Shown here piece by piece: positions 38,850 to 48,930 of a DNA stretch of 64,000 nt. Numbering within the stretch: position 1 is the first letter of the stretch; every line of letters starts with the position of its first letter. The translations under genes and the position numbers were made by a program. The notes under the pieces are model-generated. The model searched no databases. It worked only from the letters and a program-made list of their open reading frames with translations, and was not told the DNA's origin. Origin of the DNA: Candidatus Latescibacterota bacterium (GTDB taxonomy: Bacteria > Latescibacterota > UBA2968 > GCA-2709665); the NCBI GenBank assembly GCA_965205485.1, contig OZ242180.1, forward strand, positions 1,280,001 to 1,344,000, given 5' to 3'.

Positions 38850-40811
38850 GTGGAAGCCAAACTGATCTGGTTGCTGATCTTCGTGGGCCTGTACTGGGCT
38901 TATTGCCTTTTCTGGGGGTTCCGGGGGGCCCTGCGATCGCGCACGTCCGCGGATTATTTCGTGGCCGGCCGCAGCATCGGCATCTGGGTTTTCGTGCTGG
39001 CCGCCACCGCCACCAGTTTTTCGGGCTGGACCTTCGTGGGTCATCCCGGACTCATTCTGGAGGCAGGCCTACCTTATGCGTTCGCTTCCTTCTATGCGCT
39101 GACGATTCCGTTTACCGGCGTGCTTTTCCTGAGGCGACAATGGCTCATCGGGAAGGCGTTTCAGCATATCACGCCCGGCGAGATGTATTCCCACTACTAC
39201 GGCGGCGATACGATCAGACTGCTGACGGTACTCGTGGCGTTTCTTTTCAGCGTGCCGTATCTGGGTGTCCAGCTTCGAGCCTCGGGGTTCCTGTTCAACG
39301 TGCTCTCTGATAACTTGCTGAGCGTGGAAGTGGGGATGTTCGCGCTGTCCGCCATTGTGATGATCTATGTGGCTGCCGGCGGGCTGCGGTCTGTGGCTTA
39401 CGTGGACTGCGCGCAGTGCATTCTCCTTGCGTTCGGGATCGTCGCCCTGGGCATTGTCGCGATTCAATTTTCCGGTGGATGGACGGCTTTCACGGAGGGC
39501 GTGGGCAATCTTGTTCGACAGGACCTGGCTTCGGGAAAGGGACTGACGCCCGCGGGGCATTCCCATTACGTGGCGTTGCCCGGCTCGATTCAGGTTGTTT
39601 CCGAGGGGTCGAAAGCGGTTGGAGGCGTCTGGACCGGAATGATGTGTATGACCTATATGTTCGCGCTGATGGGCATCCAGTCTTCGCCCGCCTTTTCAAT
39701 GTGGGCGTTTTCCAACCGCACAAGCGAACCCTTCCGCTGGCAGCAGGTGGTGGCGTCCTCGGTGATCATCGGAATCATCCTGTTTACCTTTACTATATTC
39801 CAGGGACTGGGCGGTAACGTGCTGCTGGCCAACGGGGTCTTCGAAGAGGTGAGCCGGCCGGAACTGGTGCCCCAGTTGATCAACCTCCTGGCGGACAACT
39901 ATCCGTGGCTGGTGGGACTGCTTGCCGTGTGTGCGCTGGGGGCCATGCAGAGTACCGGGGCGGCCTATATGTCCACGTTCAGCGGAATGGTGACCCGGGA
40001 CCTCTATCGGCGTTACGTTTCACCCGATGCTTCGGACAGCACGCAGAAGCTGTACGGCAGGATTTTCGTGATACTGGTCACGCTTGCCGCGCTGATTGTG
40101 GCAGCCAAATCCACGCAGGCTATCGTGATGCTGGGCGGACTCGCCGTGGCCTACGGGTTTCAGATGTATCCGGCATTGATGGGGCTATGTTATTTCCGGT
40201 TCTTCACCAGGAAGGGCGTGGTATGGGGGCTGGTTGCGGGACTGGCAGCGGTTACGCTTACCGACCGCACGGTCAGCGAGGCGCTTCCCGTGATCATGGG
40301 ATTTGTGAAGCTGTTCCTGCCGGACCGCATCGCTTCCACAATCAGCGACACGCCCTGGGGCGCGTACCCGCTGACGATTCACAGCGCGGGCTGGGGCATT
40401 TTCTTCAACATGCTGGTTGCCGTTCTTGTGTCGTATCTGCGGCCGGACGGCGGGAAAGACAGGGACAGGAAAGCGAGCCATCACCTCTTCGTCCAGGCGG
40501 TTTCGGGTATTACGCGGGAGCGGCGCCGGCACGTACCCTGGGCCTGGCTGTTCACCGTGGTCTGGTTCCTCGTGGGCTTCGGGCCCTTTGCCGTGGTCGG
40601 CAATACGCTGTTCGGCGACCCCAATACGCCTGCGACGTGGGGCCCGTTCGGCCTGCCGTCTCTGTGGGTCTGGCAGTTGTTGATGCTTGCCTTCGGCATC
40701 TTCGTCATGTGGTACCTGGCGTTTTGCGTGGGGCTTTCCAGGCCCGTTCCGCCCGAGCGCGTGGAGGAGGCGCGAAAGGCGCATCTGGCTGAGACGGACG
40801 ACGCGACCTGA
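38850..40811 (+). CDS. Sodium:solute symporter family protein (long form)
   Basis: DYFVAGRSI, ATATSFSGWTF.GHPG, GGLRSVAYVD, AMQSTG; many TM helices. Confidence 0.9.
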   Translation: MEAKLIWLLIFVGLYWAYCLFWGFRGALRSRTSADYFVAGRSIGIWVFVLAATATSFSGWTFVGHPGLILEAGLPYAFASFYALTIPFTGVLFLRRQWLIGKAFQHITPGEMYSHYYGGDTIRLLTVLVAFLFSVPYLGVQLRASGFLFNVLSDNLLSVEVGMFALSAIVMIYVAAGGLRSVAYVDCAQCILLAFGIVALGIVAIQFSGGWTAFTEGVGNLVRQDLASGKGLTPAGHSHYVALPGSIQVVSEGSKAVGGVWTGMMCMTYMFALMGIQSSPAFSMWAFSNRTSEPFRWQQVVASSVIIGIILFTFTIFQGLGGNVLLANGVFEEVSRPELVPQLINLLADNYPWLVGLLAVCALGAMQSTGAAYMSTFSGMVTRDLYRRYVSPDASDSTQKLYGRIFVILVTLAALIVAAKSTQAIVMLGGLAVAYGFQMYPALMGLCYFRFFTRKGVVWGLVAGLAAVTLTDRTVSEALPVIMGFVKLFLPDRIASTISDTPWGAYPLTIHSAGWGIFFNMLVAVLVSYLRPDGGKDRDRKASHHLFVQAVSGITRERRRHVPWAWLFTVVWFLVGFGPFAVVGNTLFGDPNTPATWGPFGLPSLWVWQLLMLAFGIFVMWYLAFCVGLSRPVPPERVEEARKAHLAETDDAT

Positions 40812-40899
40812 CCTGCGACGATGTCACTATGGAAAAGGACGGGTACACCGTGTGGTGCCCGTCCTTTTCGGCTTTCTGATACCGTCGACGTGACAGGTG

Positions 40900-43227
40900 T
40901 CAACGCAATAACGCCGGTCCTTTCTCGTTCTCCCAGTCCATGCGCACACGGTCCCGCCTTCCGTCGGCATGGTCGACGTTGACGGTCCACACGTTTGCGC
41001 GCCGGACGGTTCTTGTCGTGATTCCGGCGGTGACGCGGTCCGTGCCGAAGGGGTATATCACGTACCCCGCTCGGAACGGGAGCCGCGTCCTTCTTCTGTA
41101 TACGGCCACCGGCGCAGGCACGTCCTCCCCGCTGACCGCCAGCCAGCCCTGGACCGGGTCGTTTTGGCCGCAGACCAGCCGGGGCGTCATCCGGGTCAGA
41201 GGAATCAACTCCAGGTTGGGTGCATCCATGCGCCCGGTGCGGACGGCGCCGGTTTCGGAATCTGTCAGCAGACGGAACGGCATGAAGTGGAACAATGCCT
41301 CGTACGTATGGCTGCCCTCGCCCGTCAGTTCATCGAAAACCATGAAATAATCCGGTTTGACGAAAATCACGGCGCGGCGATGCCGGACGGCCGCATCCAG
41401 GTCCGCGTAGGGCGCGTCGTAACTCGCCGCGGCAACATCGGAACCGTCATCCGAATGCCAGAATGTGGAATCGCGGGCGGAACGGGTCCATTGTTCGACG
41501 GTCTGGTTGCGGCCACGGGCCTGCGCGCGGCCGTCCACAAGGACGGTATTGTGGGCCTGCGTGGTCGCATAGAACCGGGTCCAGGGGTTGGTGTAGTACG
41601 ACGTGATGCCGGGATCCACGATAAAGGGCGTGCCGTAGGCATAGACTTCGAAGCTGAGTTTGTCTTCGTGCTGGTGCCAGCGGCCGTAAGGGGCCCCCTC
41701 GAAGAAGAGATATCGCGCGTCCCGGTCCCAGCCGCTCCTCATGATGAAATAGCCCGAGTCGCGCAGGGCGACCGATTCATAGTCCGGCGGCGCGCCCTCA
41801 CGTCCCCCGGTGCCCACCCACACCGCGGTCGGATTGTCGAGGACGCGTCCGGGTCGCTCAAGGGACTCTCCATATTTGGAGTCCATGCTGCCGGCGTCGG
41901 AGACGGAGGGATGGGTGAAGTCCGGTCGGGTGATGGCCACGCACCAGTCGAACATCGATCGAATGCCGGCTTCCAGTTCGGGATCGAGCGGATGGTTGAA
42001 CTTTCGCGCAACCTGAAACGACTCAAGGAACCACGTGGCGATGCTCATTTGGTAACCGGGAGTCAGCTCGTAGGAAGCCCCGTCGGGCATCACCTGGATG
42101 CGCATGTCCTCCAACAGCCTGCGATAGCCTTCTTCCCGCCATTGGGCGGCGTCCCTGAATTCGGGAAAGGCGCAGCCCAATGCGGCGATGGTCCGTGCCT
42201 CGGCAATGGTCTTGTTCGAGGGCGGGAAGGACTGGAAACGCAGCAGACAGGCCTGATGCTCGTAGATCGACTTGAGCATATCGATAATCGTGGTGTCATC
42301 GGTTTCCTGACACGCGCAGAGGACGCGGAACACGTCAACGAGTGTGCTGAACGGCCGGATGGCCACCACGAGCGAATGGCCCCACGGGTACCCGCCGGCG
42401 CGAACGCCGTAGGGTACCGGGCAACGCCGCATCCAGTCCGCGATATATCGCTCGATGGCCTTCGCGTATTTCACGTCACCGGTTTCCCAGAACGCGTCAA
42501 TCGCCGGCCTCAGGAACAGGAGATAGTGGATGGCCAGCGTCCATTCGATGTAGCCGGTTGGATTGGCTTCCCAGTCGATCTCCGTCGACCAGTCCTGCCC
42601 CAGGACCCGGCCTTCCAGCACGCGGTCGGCCTGGTCGGGATCGGCGTTCGGCTCCTGTTCGCTCGGGACCAGTTCCCGGTCGAAGCCGCTGGACCTGAAA
42701 TATCTCGCGACTTCCGTCAGAAGGGACCCATCCCGCGCGTCCTTCAGCATTTCCAGTCCCGGGTATTCCGGGTCCAGCGCGGTGATGAGGTCTTCATCCG
42801 TCATCCGCGGGCCGGGCGTTATTTCCCGCTCCACCAGACGAATATTGCGAAACCGGCTGCCTTGCGGACCTTCAAGCGCTGCCGATCGCGTCTGGTGCCA
42901 TCCCGACGGAATCCCCCGCGTATAGAAACACTCGGAGGGAAACCGGAATTCCCGCCAGCCCTCCCAGATGTTCCCGCCTCGCGGGGAGACGATGGCGTGG
43001 AACAGATAGCCGTCGTCCTCGCTCATGCCCTCGGTGCGGTGGCCCGACGTCAACCGGCACCAGAGCAGGCCGTTCGCGCCGGGCGGCAGATACACGTCGG
43101 CGCGAACTTCGTTTACCCGCCGCCAGTCACTTGAATTCACAGGCAGGTCGACGTCCACTTCGTGCTCGGATTCCACAAGAAGCTGTTCCGAGATTATCGT
43201 ATCGTCCTCAAACTTCGCGAGGTCCAT
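40900..43227 (-). CDS. Heparinase II/III family polysaccharide lyase
   Basis: QVMPDGASYELTPGYQ, SGYFIMRSGW, HQHEDKLSF, VDPG..Y, T.AHNTVLVDG, HRRAVIFVKPDY. Confidence 0.85.
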   Translation of the reverse strand: MDLAKFEDDTIISEQLLVESEHEVDVDLPVNSSDWRRVNEVRADVYLPPGANGLLWCRLTSGHRTEGMSEDDGYLFHAIVSPRGGNIWEGWREFRFPSECFYTRGIPSGWHQTRSAALEGPQGSRFRNIRLVEREITPGPRMTDEDLITALDPEYPGLEMLKDARDGSLLTEVARYFRSSGFDRELVPSEQEPNADPDQADRVLEGRVLGQDWSTEIDWEANPTGYIEWTLAIHYLLFLRPAIDAFWETGDVKYAKAIERYIADWMRRCPVPYGVRAGGYPWGHSLVVAIRPFSTLVDVFRVLCACQETDDTTIIDMLKSIYEHQACLLRFQSFPPSNKTIAEARTIAALGCAFPEFRDAAQWREEGYRRLLEDMRIQVMPDGASYELTPGYQMSIATWFLESFQVARKFNHPLDPELEAGIRSMFDWCVAITRPDFTHPSVSDAGSMDSKYGESLERPGRVLDNPTAVWVGTGGREGAPPDYESVALRDSGYFIMRSGWDRDARYLFFEGAPYGRWHQHEDKLSFEVYAYGTPFIVDPGITSYYTNPWTRFYATTQAHNTVLVDGRAQARGRNQTVEQWTRSARDSTFWHSDDGSDVAAASYDAPYADLDAAVRHRRAVIFVKPDYFMVFDELTGEGSHTYEALFHFMPFRLLTDSETGAVRTGRMDAPNLELIPLTRMTPRLVCGQNDPVQGWLAVSGEDVPAPVAVYRRRTRLPFRAGYVIYPFGTDRVTAGITTRTVRRANVWTVNVDHADGRRDRVRMDWENEKGPALLR

Positions 43228-43415
43228 GAATCGTCCCCTTCGCGTAGGCGGTTTCAAATCCACTTCAAGGTCTTCTCAGTCGCTCCATCTGGCGGTCGCC
43301 CGGAATTGTCCCCATTTCTCTCTTGCTTTCTGGTACTCTGACCGTACTGAGTCAATTGAATCTGCCGGCGTCCCCTTCAGGACCGAATTTTCCAGCTTTG
43401 ATTCGAGGATTGCTC

Positions 43416-44047
43416 TCACTCCTCATCTTCCTCTCTGTAAAACGCTTTCAATGCTGCCTCCGAACCCGTCAGATCAAATTTAAATCTCCACTCATTGAGG
43501 TTTTCTGTAACTTCAGACGGATGTCGTCCTGCCTTCCGCTCTGGTAAATCTTGCAGATGTACATATAGTGTTTGAAATACTTCCTGGTACATTTTCCACA
43601 ATATGGGGCGAAAGGTCTTGACGCGATATATCAGCAGATTACGACCCTTGTATACTTCAACAAACGCATCCTTGAATACACCCATCGCTTCCGTACTGTC
43701 TTTGACAGAAATGAGACGAATAACCACATCTTCATTAGATTCGGCCGCGCCGTGCATTTTGGAGAATCGATCTCCTGGATATTCAATGACAACTGATTTT
43801 TGTGATATCAGTAAGAGACAGTACATCGAATCATCCGAAGCTGGCTTCTTGTACCAATGGCGATGTTTTGGATTTATTGTGCCTCGCTTAATTAACGTCT
43901 TTACCTCATCGAATGGAGAGTGTTCATAGCTGATATACCAGCCCTTCTCCAAAGGCTGGCTCAGGGCGGTGTTGCCGATGAAAATCAAGAGTAAGTACAA
44001 GATAATCCAAAGGCTGGCTCAATCAAGAGTAAGTACAAGATAATCAT
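43416..44047 (-). pseudogene. Low-GC hypothetical secreted protein; 5' end disrupted by a 38-bp duplication (may still initiate at TTG 44000)
   Basis: ATG 44047 overlaps the RDD stop (ATGA) but is frameshifted by duplicated segment 44007-44044; the 194-aa downstream frame is intact. Confidence 0.55.
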
Positions 44048-44736
44048 AAGTTAAATGCCCTTTCGAAGTGAACCGGTCCCTCGATGTTCGTCCTCACCAC
44101 AACCGTCCCGGCGATATAATCATGTACGGCCCGACGCTTATCATTCGTAAGCATCGTAACGCATTCCGCAACCCACCAGGCCAGTACAACGACAGACGTC
44201 CAAATCTCACGCGAAGTCGTTGCTTCGGTATCGGTTTCGGTGCCAATCAACAGCTCGCCAATAGGTAATCCCACCAAGAATCGATAAGACTCGTAAATAA
44301 GCAGGGGGGCCAGGATAACCAATGGGATGCTGTCTCGGATCAAGGCATGTTTGAAAGTTATCGGTTCCTCGGTTTTTGCGTCAACAACCCTTACGTATGT
44401 AGAACGCTTCCCCACAGTTTGCCCGAATCGACCATGCATATAAATCGTGTAAACCCACCAGTAAGCAGTATTCACGATTAAGACGATCACGAACAACCAA
44501 CGCATATTCTCCCAGAATGATGCCTCCAGTGTAACATAGTATTGCAGAATCAAGCCAACTGGAAAGAGTATCACGCCATCAGTATAACTTGCCCATAATC
44601 GAGGCCAAAAGGTACGATACTTCTGTTCAGGATAAGCAGAATAACCCTTGTAGAATCGCCGGGTATACAATGGAACAACAAGAGGTGACAAACCAAAAGC
44701 TGCAAGAATTAAGAACGCGAAAAAAGCAAATATCAT
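44044..44736 (-). CDS. RDD family membrane protein
   Basis: FWPRLWASYTD, GQTVGKR...RVVD, ALIRD, RRAVHDYIAGTVVV. Confidence 0.9.
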   Translation of the reverse strand: MIFAFFAFLILAAFGLSPLVVPLYTRRFYKGYSAYPEQKYRTFWPRLWASYTDGVILFPVGLILQYYVTLEASFWENMRWLFVIVLIVNTAYWWVYTIYMHGRFGQTVGKRSTYVRVVDAKTEEPITFKHALIRDSIPLVILAPLLIYESYRFLVGLPIGELLIGTETDTEATTSREIWTSVVVLAWWVAECVTMLTNDKRRAVHDYIAGTVVVRTNIEGPVHFERAFNL

Positions 44737-45165
44737 AAATGCCTCCTGGGCCCACTCTCAAGATCATATGTAATTTCCACCCAGACAAGAGTTTATATTA
44801 CTACCCCGACAATGTTGAAAAAAGACGGGGTAATATGTATCCCGGAGGTCCGGTTACGCCGACAGCCCGGGCAGCTTTCAAACCTGCCCCCGGTGTGCCC
44901 TTTCATGCCAGGACGTCGCCAAGCCCGGCTTGAATCCAGGGGTTGACATCAACACCAGCGAGAGTACATTCTGAATGTGCGTGGATTCGCATCACGCGCC
45001 GTGCTTCCTGCGATGTTCGACCCGGGCCGGCGGCGACAGCATCTGATGAAATGCGAAATCTGACAGCTCAGGGCGATGTAGCACGTTCTTATTACCGGGA
45101 GCAGTAAATAGCTGACATCTATTGTGCCTGCTACGGTGACGAGGAAATGGCCCGAACGGGGACGC

Positions 45166-45245
45166 TGAGCTTGTCGAAGCGCCCGCGTTTCGGTACCCTT
45201 CTTCCTTCGCCGACCCTTCGACAAGCTCAGGGAGCGGCTCAGGGT
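45166..45245. repeat. REP-like inverted repeats (CCCTTCGACAAGCTCAGG family)
   Basis: CTGAGCTTGTCGAAG ... CCCTTCGACAAGCTCAGGGAGCGGCTCAGGG; a 20-mer is the exact reverse complement of 3493-3512. Confidence 0.7.
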
Positions 45246-45353
45246 GTCCGGTCGATGTTATGGAAGGAAGTACCTATCGGGTACCCCCCGTAATAAGACT
45301 TAAGGATTCATCGCTTTGTCCCGGAAAGTAAACATTCGTCCTGCTCTTGGCTT

Positions 45354-45430
45354 TAATCCTGATCGGTTTTGTTCCTGATCCTAGTTTTTAATCCTGCTCA
45401 ATCCTGCAAATCCTGTAAATCCTGATCGGT
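45354..45430. repeat. Short tandem AATCCTG-type repeats
   Basis: TAATCCTGATC...AATCCTGCTC AATCCTGCA AATCCTGTA AATCCTGATC. Confidence 0.7.
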
Positions 45431-45456
45431 TTGGGTTTTTGCACAAAAGAGGCAAT

Positions 45457-46449
45457 ATGGAACTGACCTACCGGCCCCGGCGGTTGAGGCGTACGGAACC
45501 CATAAGGACGCTGACGAGGGAGACCGTGCTGAACGTGGGAGACCTGATCTATCCCATGTTCGTGACGGAAGGCGCCAACGTGCGGGAACCCATCGACTCG
45601 ATGCCCGGTCAATTCCGGTTTTCGGTCGACGAACTCGTGCGTGAGTGCGAGACAGTGTACGGCCTCGGCATCTGCGGGGTGAATCTGTTCGGCTATTCGG
45701 AGGAAAAGGACGAGCGAGCAACAATGGCGTACGCGCCGGACGGATTGATCCAGAAGGCGGTCCGTGCGCTGAAGTCGGCGCTTCCCGACCTATGCGTGCA
45801 GACCGACGTGGCGTTGGACCCTTATACCACGCACGGACACGACGGCCTGCTGATCGACGGCGAGATCGCCAACGACGAGAGCGTCGGGGTGCTGTGCAGG
45901 ATGTCGCTGTCTCACGCAGAGGCGGGCGTGGACTGGGTCACCCCGTCTGACATGATGGATGGACGGATTGGCGCCATCCGGGTGGCGCTGGACGACCATG
46001 GATTCAGTAACGTCGGCATCTTGGCCTATTCCGCCAAATATGCATCATGCTTCTACGGTCCGTTCCGTGGAGCGCTCAAGTCCGCGCCGGTAAAGGCGCG
46101 GGGTGTCCCTGAGGACAAGAAGACGTACCAGATGGATCCTGCCAATATCCGGGAAGCGATGAAGGAGATCGCACTGGATATCGAGGAAGGGGCCGACGTG
46201 GTGATGGTGAAGCCCGCACTGCCGTACCTGGACGTCATTGCGAGCGCGAGGCAGAGCTTCGAAACGCCCATCGCGGCCTACAACGTGTCCGGCGAATACG
46301 GGATGGTCCTTGCGGCCTCGGAGCGCGGCTGGGTGGAGAAGGAGCGCGCGATGGTCGAAACGCTTACGTCCATCAAGCGGGCCGGCGCGGATATGATCCT
46401 GACCTACTTTGCCCCGGAAATGGCGCAATTGTTGAGGGATACTACATAG
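45457..46449 (+). CDS. hemB: Porphobilinogen synthase (ALA dehydratase)
   Basis: RPRRLR, DVALDPYTTHGHDG, PSDMMDGRI, AYSAKYAS.FYGPFR, MVKPAL, AYNVSGEY. Confidence 0.97.
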   Translation: MELTYRPRRLRRTEPIRTLTRETVLNVGDLIYPMFVTEGANVREPIDSMPGQFRFSVDELVRECETVYGLGICGVNLFGYSEEKDERATMAYAPDGLIQKAVRALKSALPDLCVQTDVALDPYTTHGHDGLLIDGEIANDESVGVLCRMSLSHAEAGVDWVTPSDMMDGRIGAIRVALDDHGFSNVGILAYSAKYASCFYGPFRGALKSAPVKARGVPEDKKTYQMDPANIREAMKEIALDIEEGADVVMVKPALPYLDVIASARQSFETPIAAYNVSGEYGMVLAASERGWVEKERAMVETLTSIKRAGADMILTYFAPEMAQLLRDTT

Positions 46450-46500
46450 CCTTTACACGGGGTGCATTACCCGTAGAAAAACCGAAAAATCAGAATTCGC

Positions 46501-46529
46501 TTGACATCACATTGAGATTTCGATATCGT
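46501..46529 (+). promoter_or_regulatory. Sigma70-type promoter of the trpS leader
   Basis: TTGACA (46501-46506), 17-bp spacer, TATCGT (46524-46529). Confidence 0.6.
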
Positions 46530-46569
46530 TGTCCGGTCAGTCACAATCATGTTTAGGAAGGAAAAAGAG

Positions 46570-46647
46570 ATGGCGGCGCGCGGCGGAAGTTCCGGAAGCT
46601 GGTGGTGGTACGACTTCAATTGTACCGGCCGGCTGACTGCGTGCTGA
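46570..46647 (+). CDS. Trp-rich leader peptide MAARGGSSGSWWWYDFNCTGRLTAC (alternative in-frame ATG at 46549)
   Basis: Three consecutive TGG codons upstream of trpS; RBS-like AGGAAGGA; followed by a terminator. Confidence 0.8.
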   Translation: MAARGGSSGSWWWYDFNCTGRLTAC

Positions 46648-46679
46648 ATTTGAGATTCGGATTTTCTTAAAGATCAACG

Positions 46680-46711
46680 TCCCTGCCGGCCTGCGGCGGG
46701 GATATTTTTTT
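46680..46711 (+). terminator. Attenuator terminator upstream of trpS
   Basis: TCCCTGCCG-GCCTG-CGGCGGGGA stem followed by TATTTTTTT. Confidence 0.75.
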
Positions 46712-46724
46712 GGAGGAGATGGCG

Positions 46725-47801
46725 ATGGACGAACGGAAACGGATACTCACGGGCGACCGGCCCACCGGAAGGATGCACCTTGGACATTACGTGGGCTCGT
46801 TGAAGAACCGGGTGCGGCTGCAGGACGAATACGAGTGCTTTTTCCTGGTGGCGGACCTGCACATGCTTACGACCCGGCCGCAGAAGGAACACATTCATGC
46901 CCTGCGCGAGAACGTGCGGGAGATGCTGCTGGACTATCTGGCGGTGGGCATCGATCCGTCCAGGTCGACCATTTATCTTCAGTCCGCCATCCACGCCGTT
47001 TACGAGATGAATCTGTTTTTCGAGATGCTGGTGACGCTGCCGAGGGTGGCGCGATTGCCCAGCATCAAGGATATGGCGCGCGCCGCAAGGCTGGATGAAG
47101 AGGCGATTCCGTTCGGGCTGGTCGGATACCCCATTTTGCAGGCGGCGGATATCTTGACGCCCAGGTCGCACCTGGTTCCAGTGGGAAAGGACAATCTGGC
47201 GCACGTGGAGGTCACCCGTGAAATCGCCCGCCGGTTCAACAGCTACTACGGGGAGGTCTTTCCGATTCCGGACGCGTTGATCGGCGAGGTCCCGATTCTC
47301 GTGGGAACGGATGGCCAGGCCAAGATGAGCAAGAGCCTGGACAATGCGATTTTTCTGTCCGACGATGCACAGACCGTGAAGAAGAAGGTGCGGGGGATGT
47401 TTACGGATCCCAACCGGGTCAGAGCCGACATACCCGGCAGGGTGGAAGGGAATCCCGTATTCGTCTACCACGACGCCTTCAACCCGGACAGGGAGGAAGT
47501 AGCGGACCTGAAGTCGAGATACCTCAAGGGGACGGTCGGCGACGTGGAGGTGAAGGAAAAGCTCACCCGGGCGCTGAACGACTTTCTCGATCCGATCCGG
47601 GAGCGGAGGGCGCGATACGAAGCGGATTCCGGTTACGTGGAAAAGGTATTGTACGAGGGAACCCAGCGCGTCCAGGTGGTCGCCGATGAAACGCTCAAGG
47701 CCATGAAGAAGGCGATGGGGCTCACGGGCGTCTGGAACCGCATCTCCAGGAAGGCGCGGGACCGGATGCGGAAATCTGAGCAGATTGACGCCGGATCTTG
47801 A
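46725..47801 (+). CDS. trpS: Tryptophan--tRNA ligase
   Basis: [13 protein letters not shown] (HIGH motif), [22 protein letters not shown]. Confidence 0.97.
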   Translation: MDERKRILTGDRPTGRMHLGHYVGSLKNRVRLQDEYECFFLVADLHMLTTRPQKEHIHALRENVREMLLDYLAVGIDPSRSTIYLQSAIHAVYEMNLFFEMLVTLPRVARLPSIKDMARAARLDEEAIPFGLVGYPILQAADILTPRSHLVPVGKDNLAHVEVTREIARRFNSYYGEVFPIPDALIGEVPILVGTDGQAKMSKSLDNAIFLSDDAQTVKKKVRGMFTDPNRVRADIPGRVEGNPVFVYHDAFNPDREEVADLKSRYLKGTVGDVEVKEKLTRALNDFLDPIRERRARYEADSGYVEKVLYEGTQRVQVVADETLKAMKKAMGLTGVWNRISRKARDRMRKSEQIDAGS

Positions 47802-47861
47802 GAATATCCATTGGATAACGTCAAGGCGATTCGACAGGTATCGAACACCGGCAATCCCGTT

Positions 47862-48854
47862 TCACACGTCGGCGTCGGACCGCTCGCTGTTTGCCGCCTC
47901 GAACAGGCCGGCGGCGAGCGCCTCCAGGCGGTCGCGCCAGGCCAGTTTGTCGAGCCACGCGGCGGGGGCGCCCGACATGCCCCACAGCGCGCCGGCAAGC
48001 TGACCGGTCACCGCGGCCACGGTGTCAGCGTCACTGGCGAGATTGGCGGCCAGAATCAGGGCATCCTCGATGGACTCCGACCGGTCCACGCACCACAGCG
48101 CCGCTTCGAGCGTGTGCACGACGTATCCCGACGAGGAGATGGCGTCGCGCTCCTTTGCGCGCCACGAACCCGAGGCCACGTCGGCGATCAGCGCGTCGCC
48201 GGTCCAGTCCCTGGTGCGCATGACGGTTTCCTTCGGCGCGCCGGCGATCGCCTCGATAAGCAGTTCGACAAAGAGCGCGCACGCCTCCACCGCCTGCGCG
48301 GCGCCGTGTGTCGTACGGCTCTGCAACCGGGCGGCCGCCGTCGCTTTGCCTCGATCATGCCACCAACGGATCGCCACCGGCGAGAGGCGCATCAGTGAAC
48401 CGTTGCCCGCGCTTCGCGGATCGGTGCTGCCGCTCAGCGACTCACCGGTTTTTTTAAAAGACCGGAGCGCGGCTTCGGTGGCATTCCCGATATCGAAACA
48501 CACGCCGGTGACCGAATTGTATCCTTCCTCACGCCACCGGAGAAACCGCACCATCAGGTCGTGAACGTCCAACCCGCTCCGTTCCAGCAACGATTCCGCG
48601 AGGCACAGGGCCATGCTCGTATCGTCGGTCCACTCCCCGGCGGCCAACCCGAACGGACCCCCGCCGATCAGATCGGTAACCGGCGGTCTTGCATCCCTCG
48701 ACGAGAATTCGAGTGTCGTGCCGAGCGCGTCGCCCAGCGCCAGCCCCACCAGCGCCCCCTTCGCGCGGTAAAGCGCCGCCGCCATGTCAGGTACGGACGC
48801 CCCGCCGTCACGCAACTTTCGCAAATCCTCCACTGATCGCCTGCTGCCAGACAT
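47862..48854 (-). CDS. ADP-ribosylglycohydrolase (DraG/ARH family); start may be 48786
   Basis: GLALGDALG, GEWTDDTSMA, AGNGSLMR, SRTTH, DADTVAAVTGQLAG. Confidence 0.92.
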   Translation of the reverse strand: MSGSRRSVEDLRKLRDGGASVPDMAAALYRAKGALVGLALGDALGTTLEFSSRDARPPVTDLIGGGPFGLAAGEWTDDTSMALCLAESLLERSGLDVHDLMVRFLRWREEGYNSVTGVCFDIGNATEAALRSFKKTGESLSGSTDPRSAGNGSLMRLSPVAIRWWHDRGKATAAARLQSRTTHGAAQAVEACALFVELLIEAIAGAPKETVMRTRDWTGDALIADVASGSWRAKERDAISSSGYVVHTLEAALWCVDRSESIEDALILAANLASDADTVAAVTGQLAGALWGMSGAPAAWLDKLAWRDRLEALAAGLFEAANSERSDADV

Positions 48855-48875
48855 ATTCTCAGACCTCTGCCTCGC

Positions 48876-48913
48876 AAAAGAGGGGCTGCGGCAGTCGCCG
48901 CAGCCCCTCTTTT
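48876..48913. terminator. Intrinsic (bidirectional-type) terminator after the TonB receptor gene
   Basis: Perfect 17-bp stem AAAAGAGGGGCTGCGGC-AGTC-GCCGCAGCCCCTCTTTT. Confidence 0.85.
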
Positions 48914-48930
48914 GTTATCCTGCGGCTTCA

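Noticed and set aside
40969..43134. 721-aa plus-strand ORF
   Set aside because: Antisense shadow of the heparinase gene, expected in high-GC DNA; no motifs
45040..45062. CTGATGA...GAAA as a hammerhead ribozyme core
   Set aside because: Only 5 nt between the motifs, so no stem II can form
45070..45135. Fluoride riboswitch or T-box
   Set aside because: GGCGATG start is present but the conserved downstream elements and a fitting downstream gene are missing; no T-box UGGNACC motif
47862..48854. ADP-ribosylglycohydrolase as part of a toxin/ART or DraT-DraG system
   Set aside because: No ADP-ribosyltransferase or nitrogenase gene in the window
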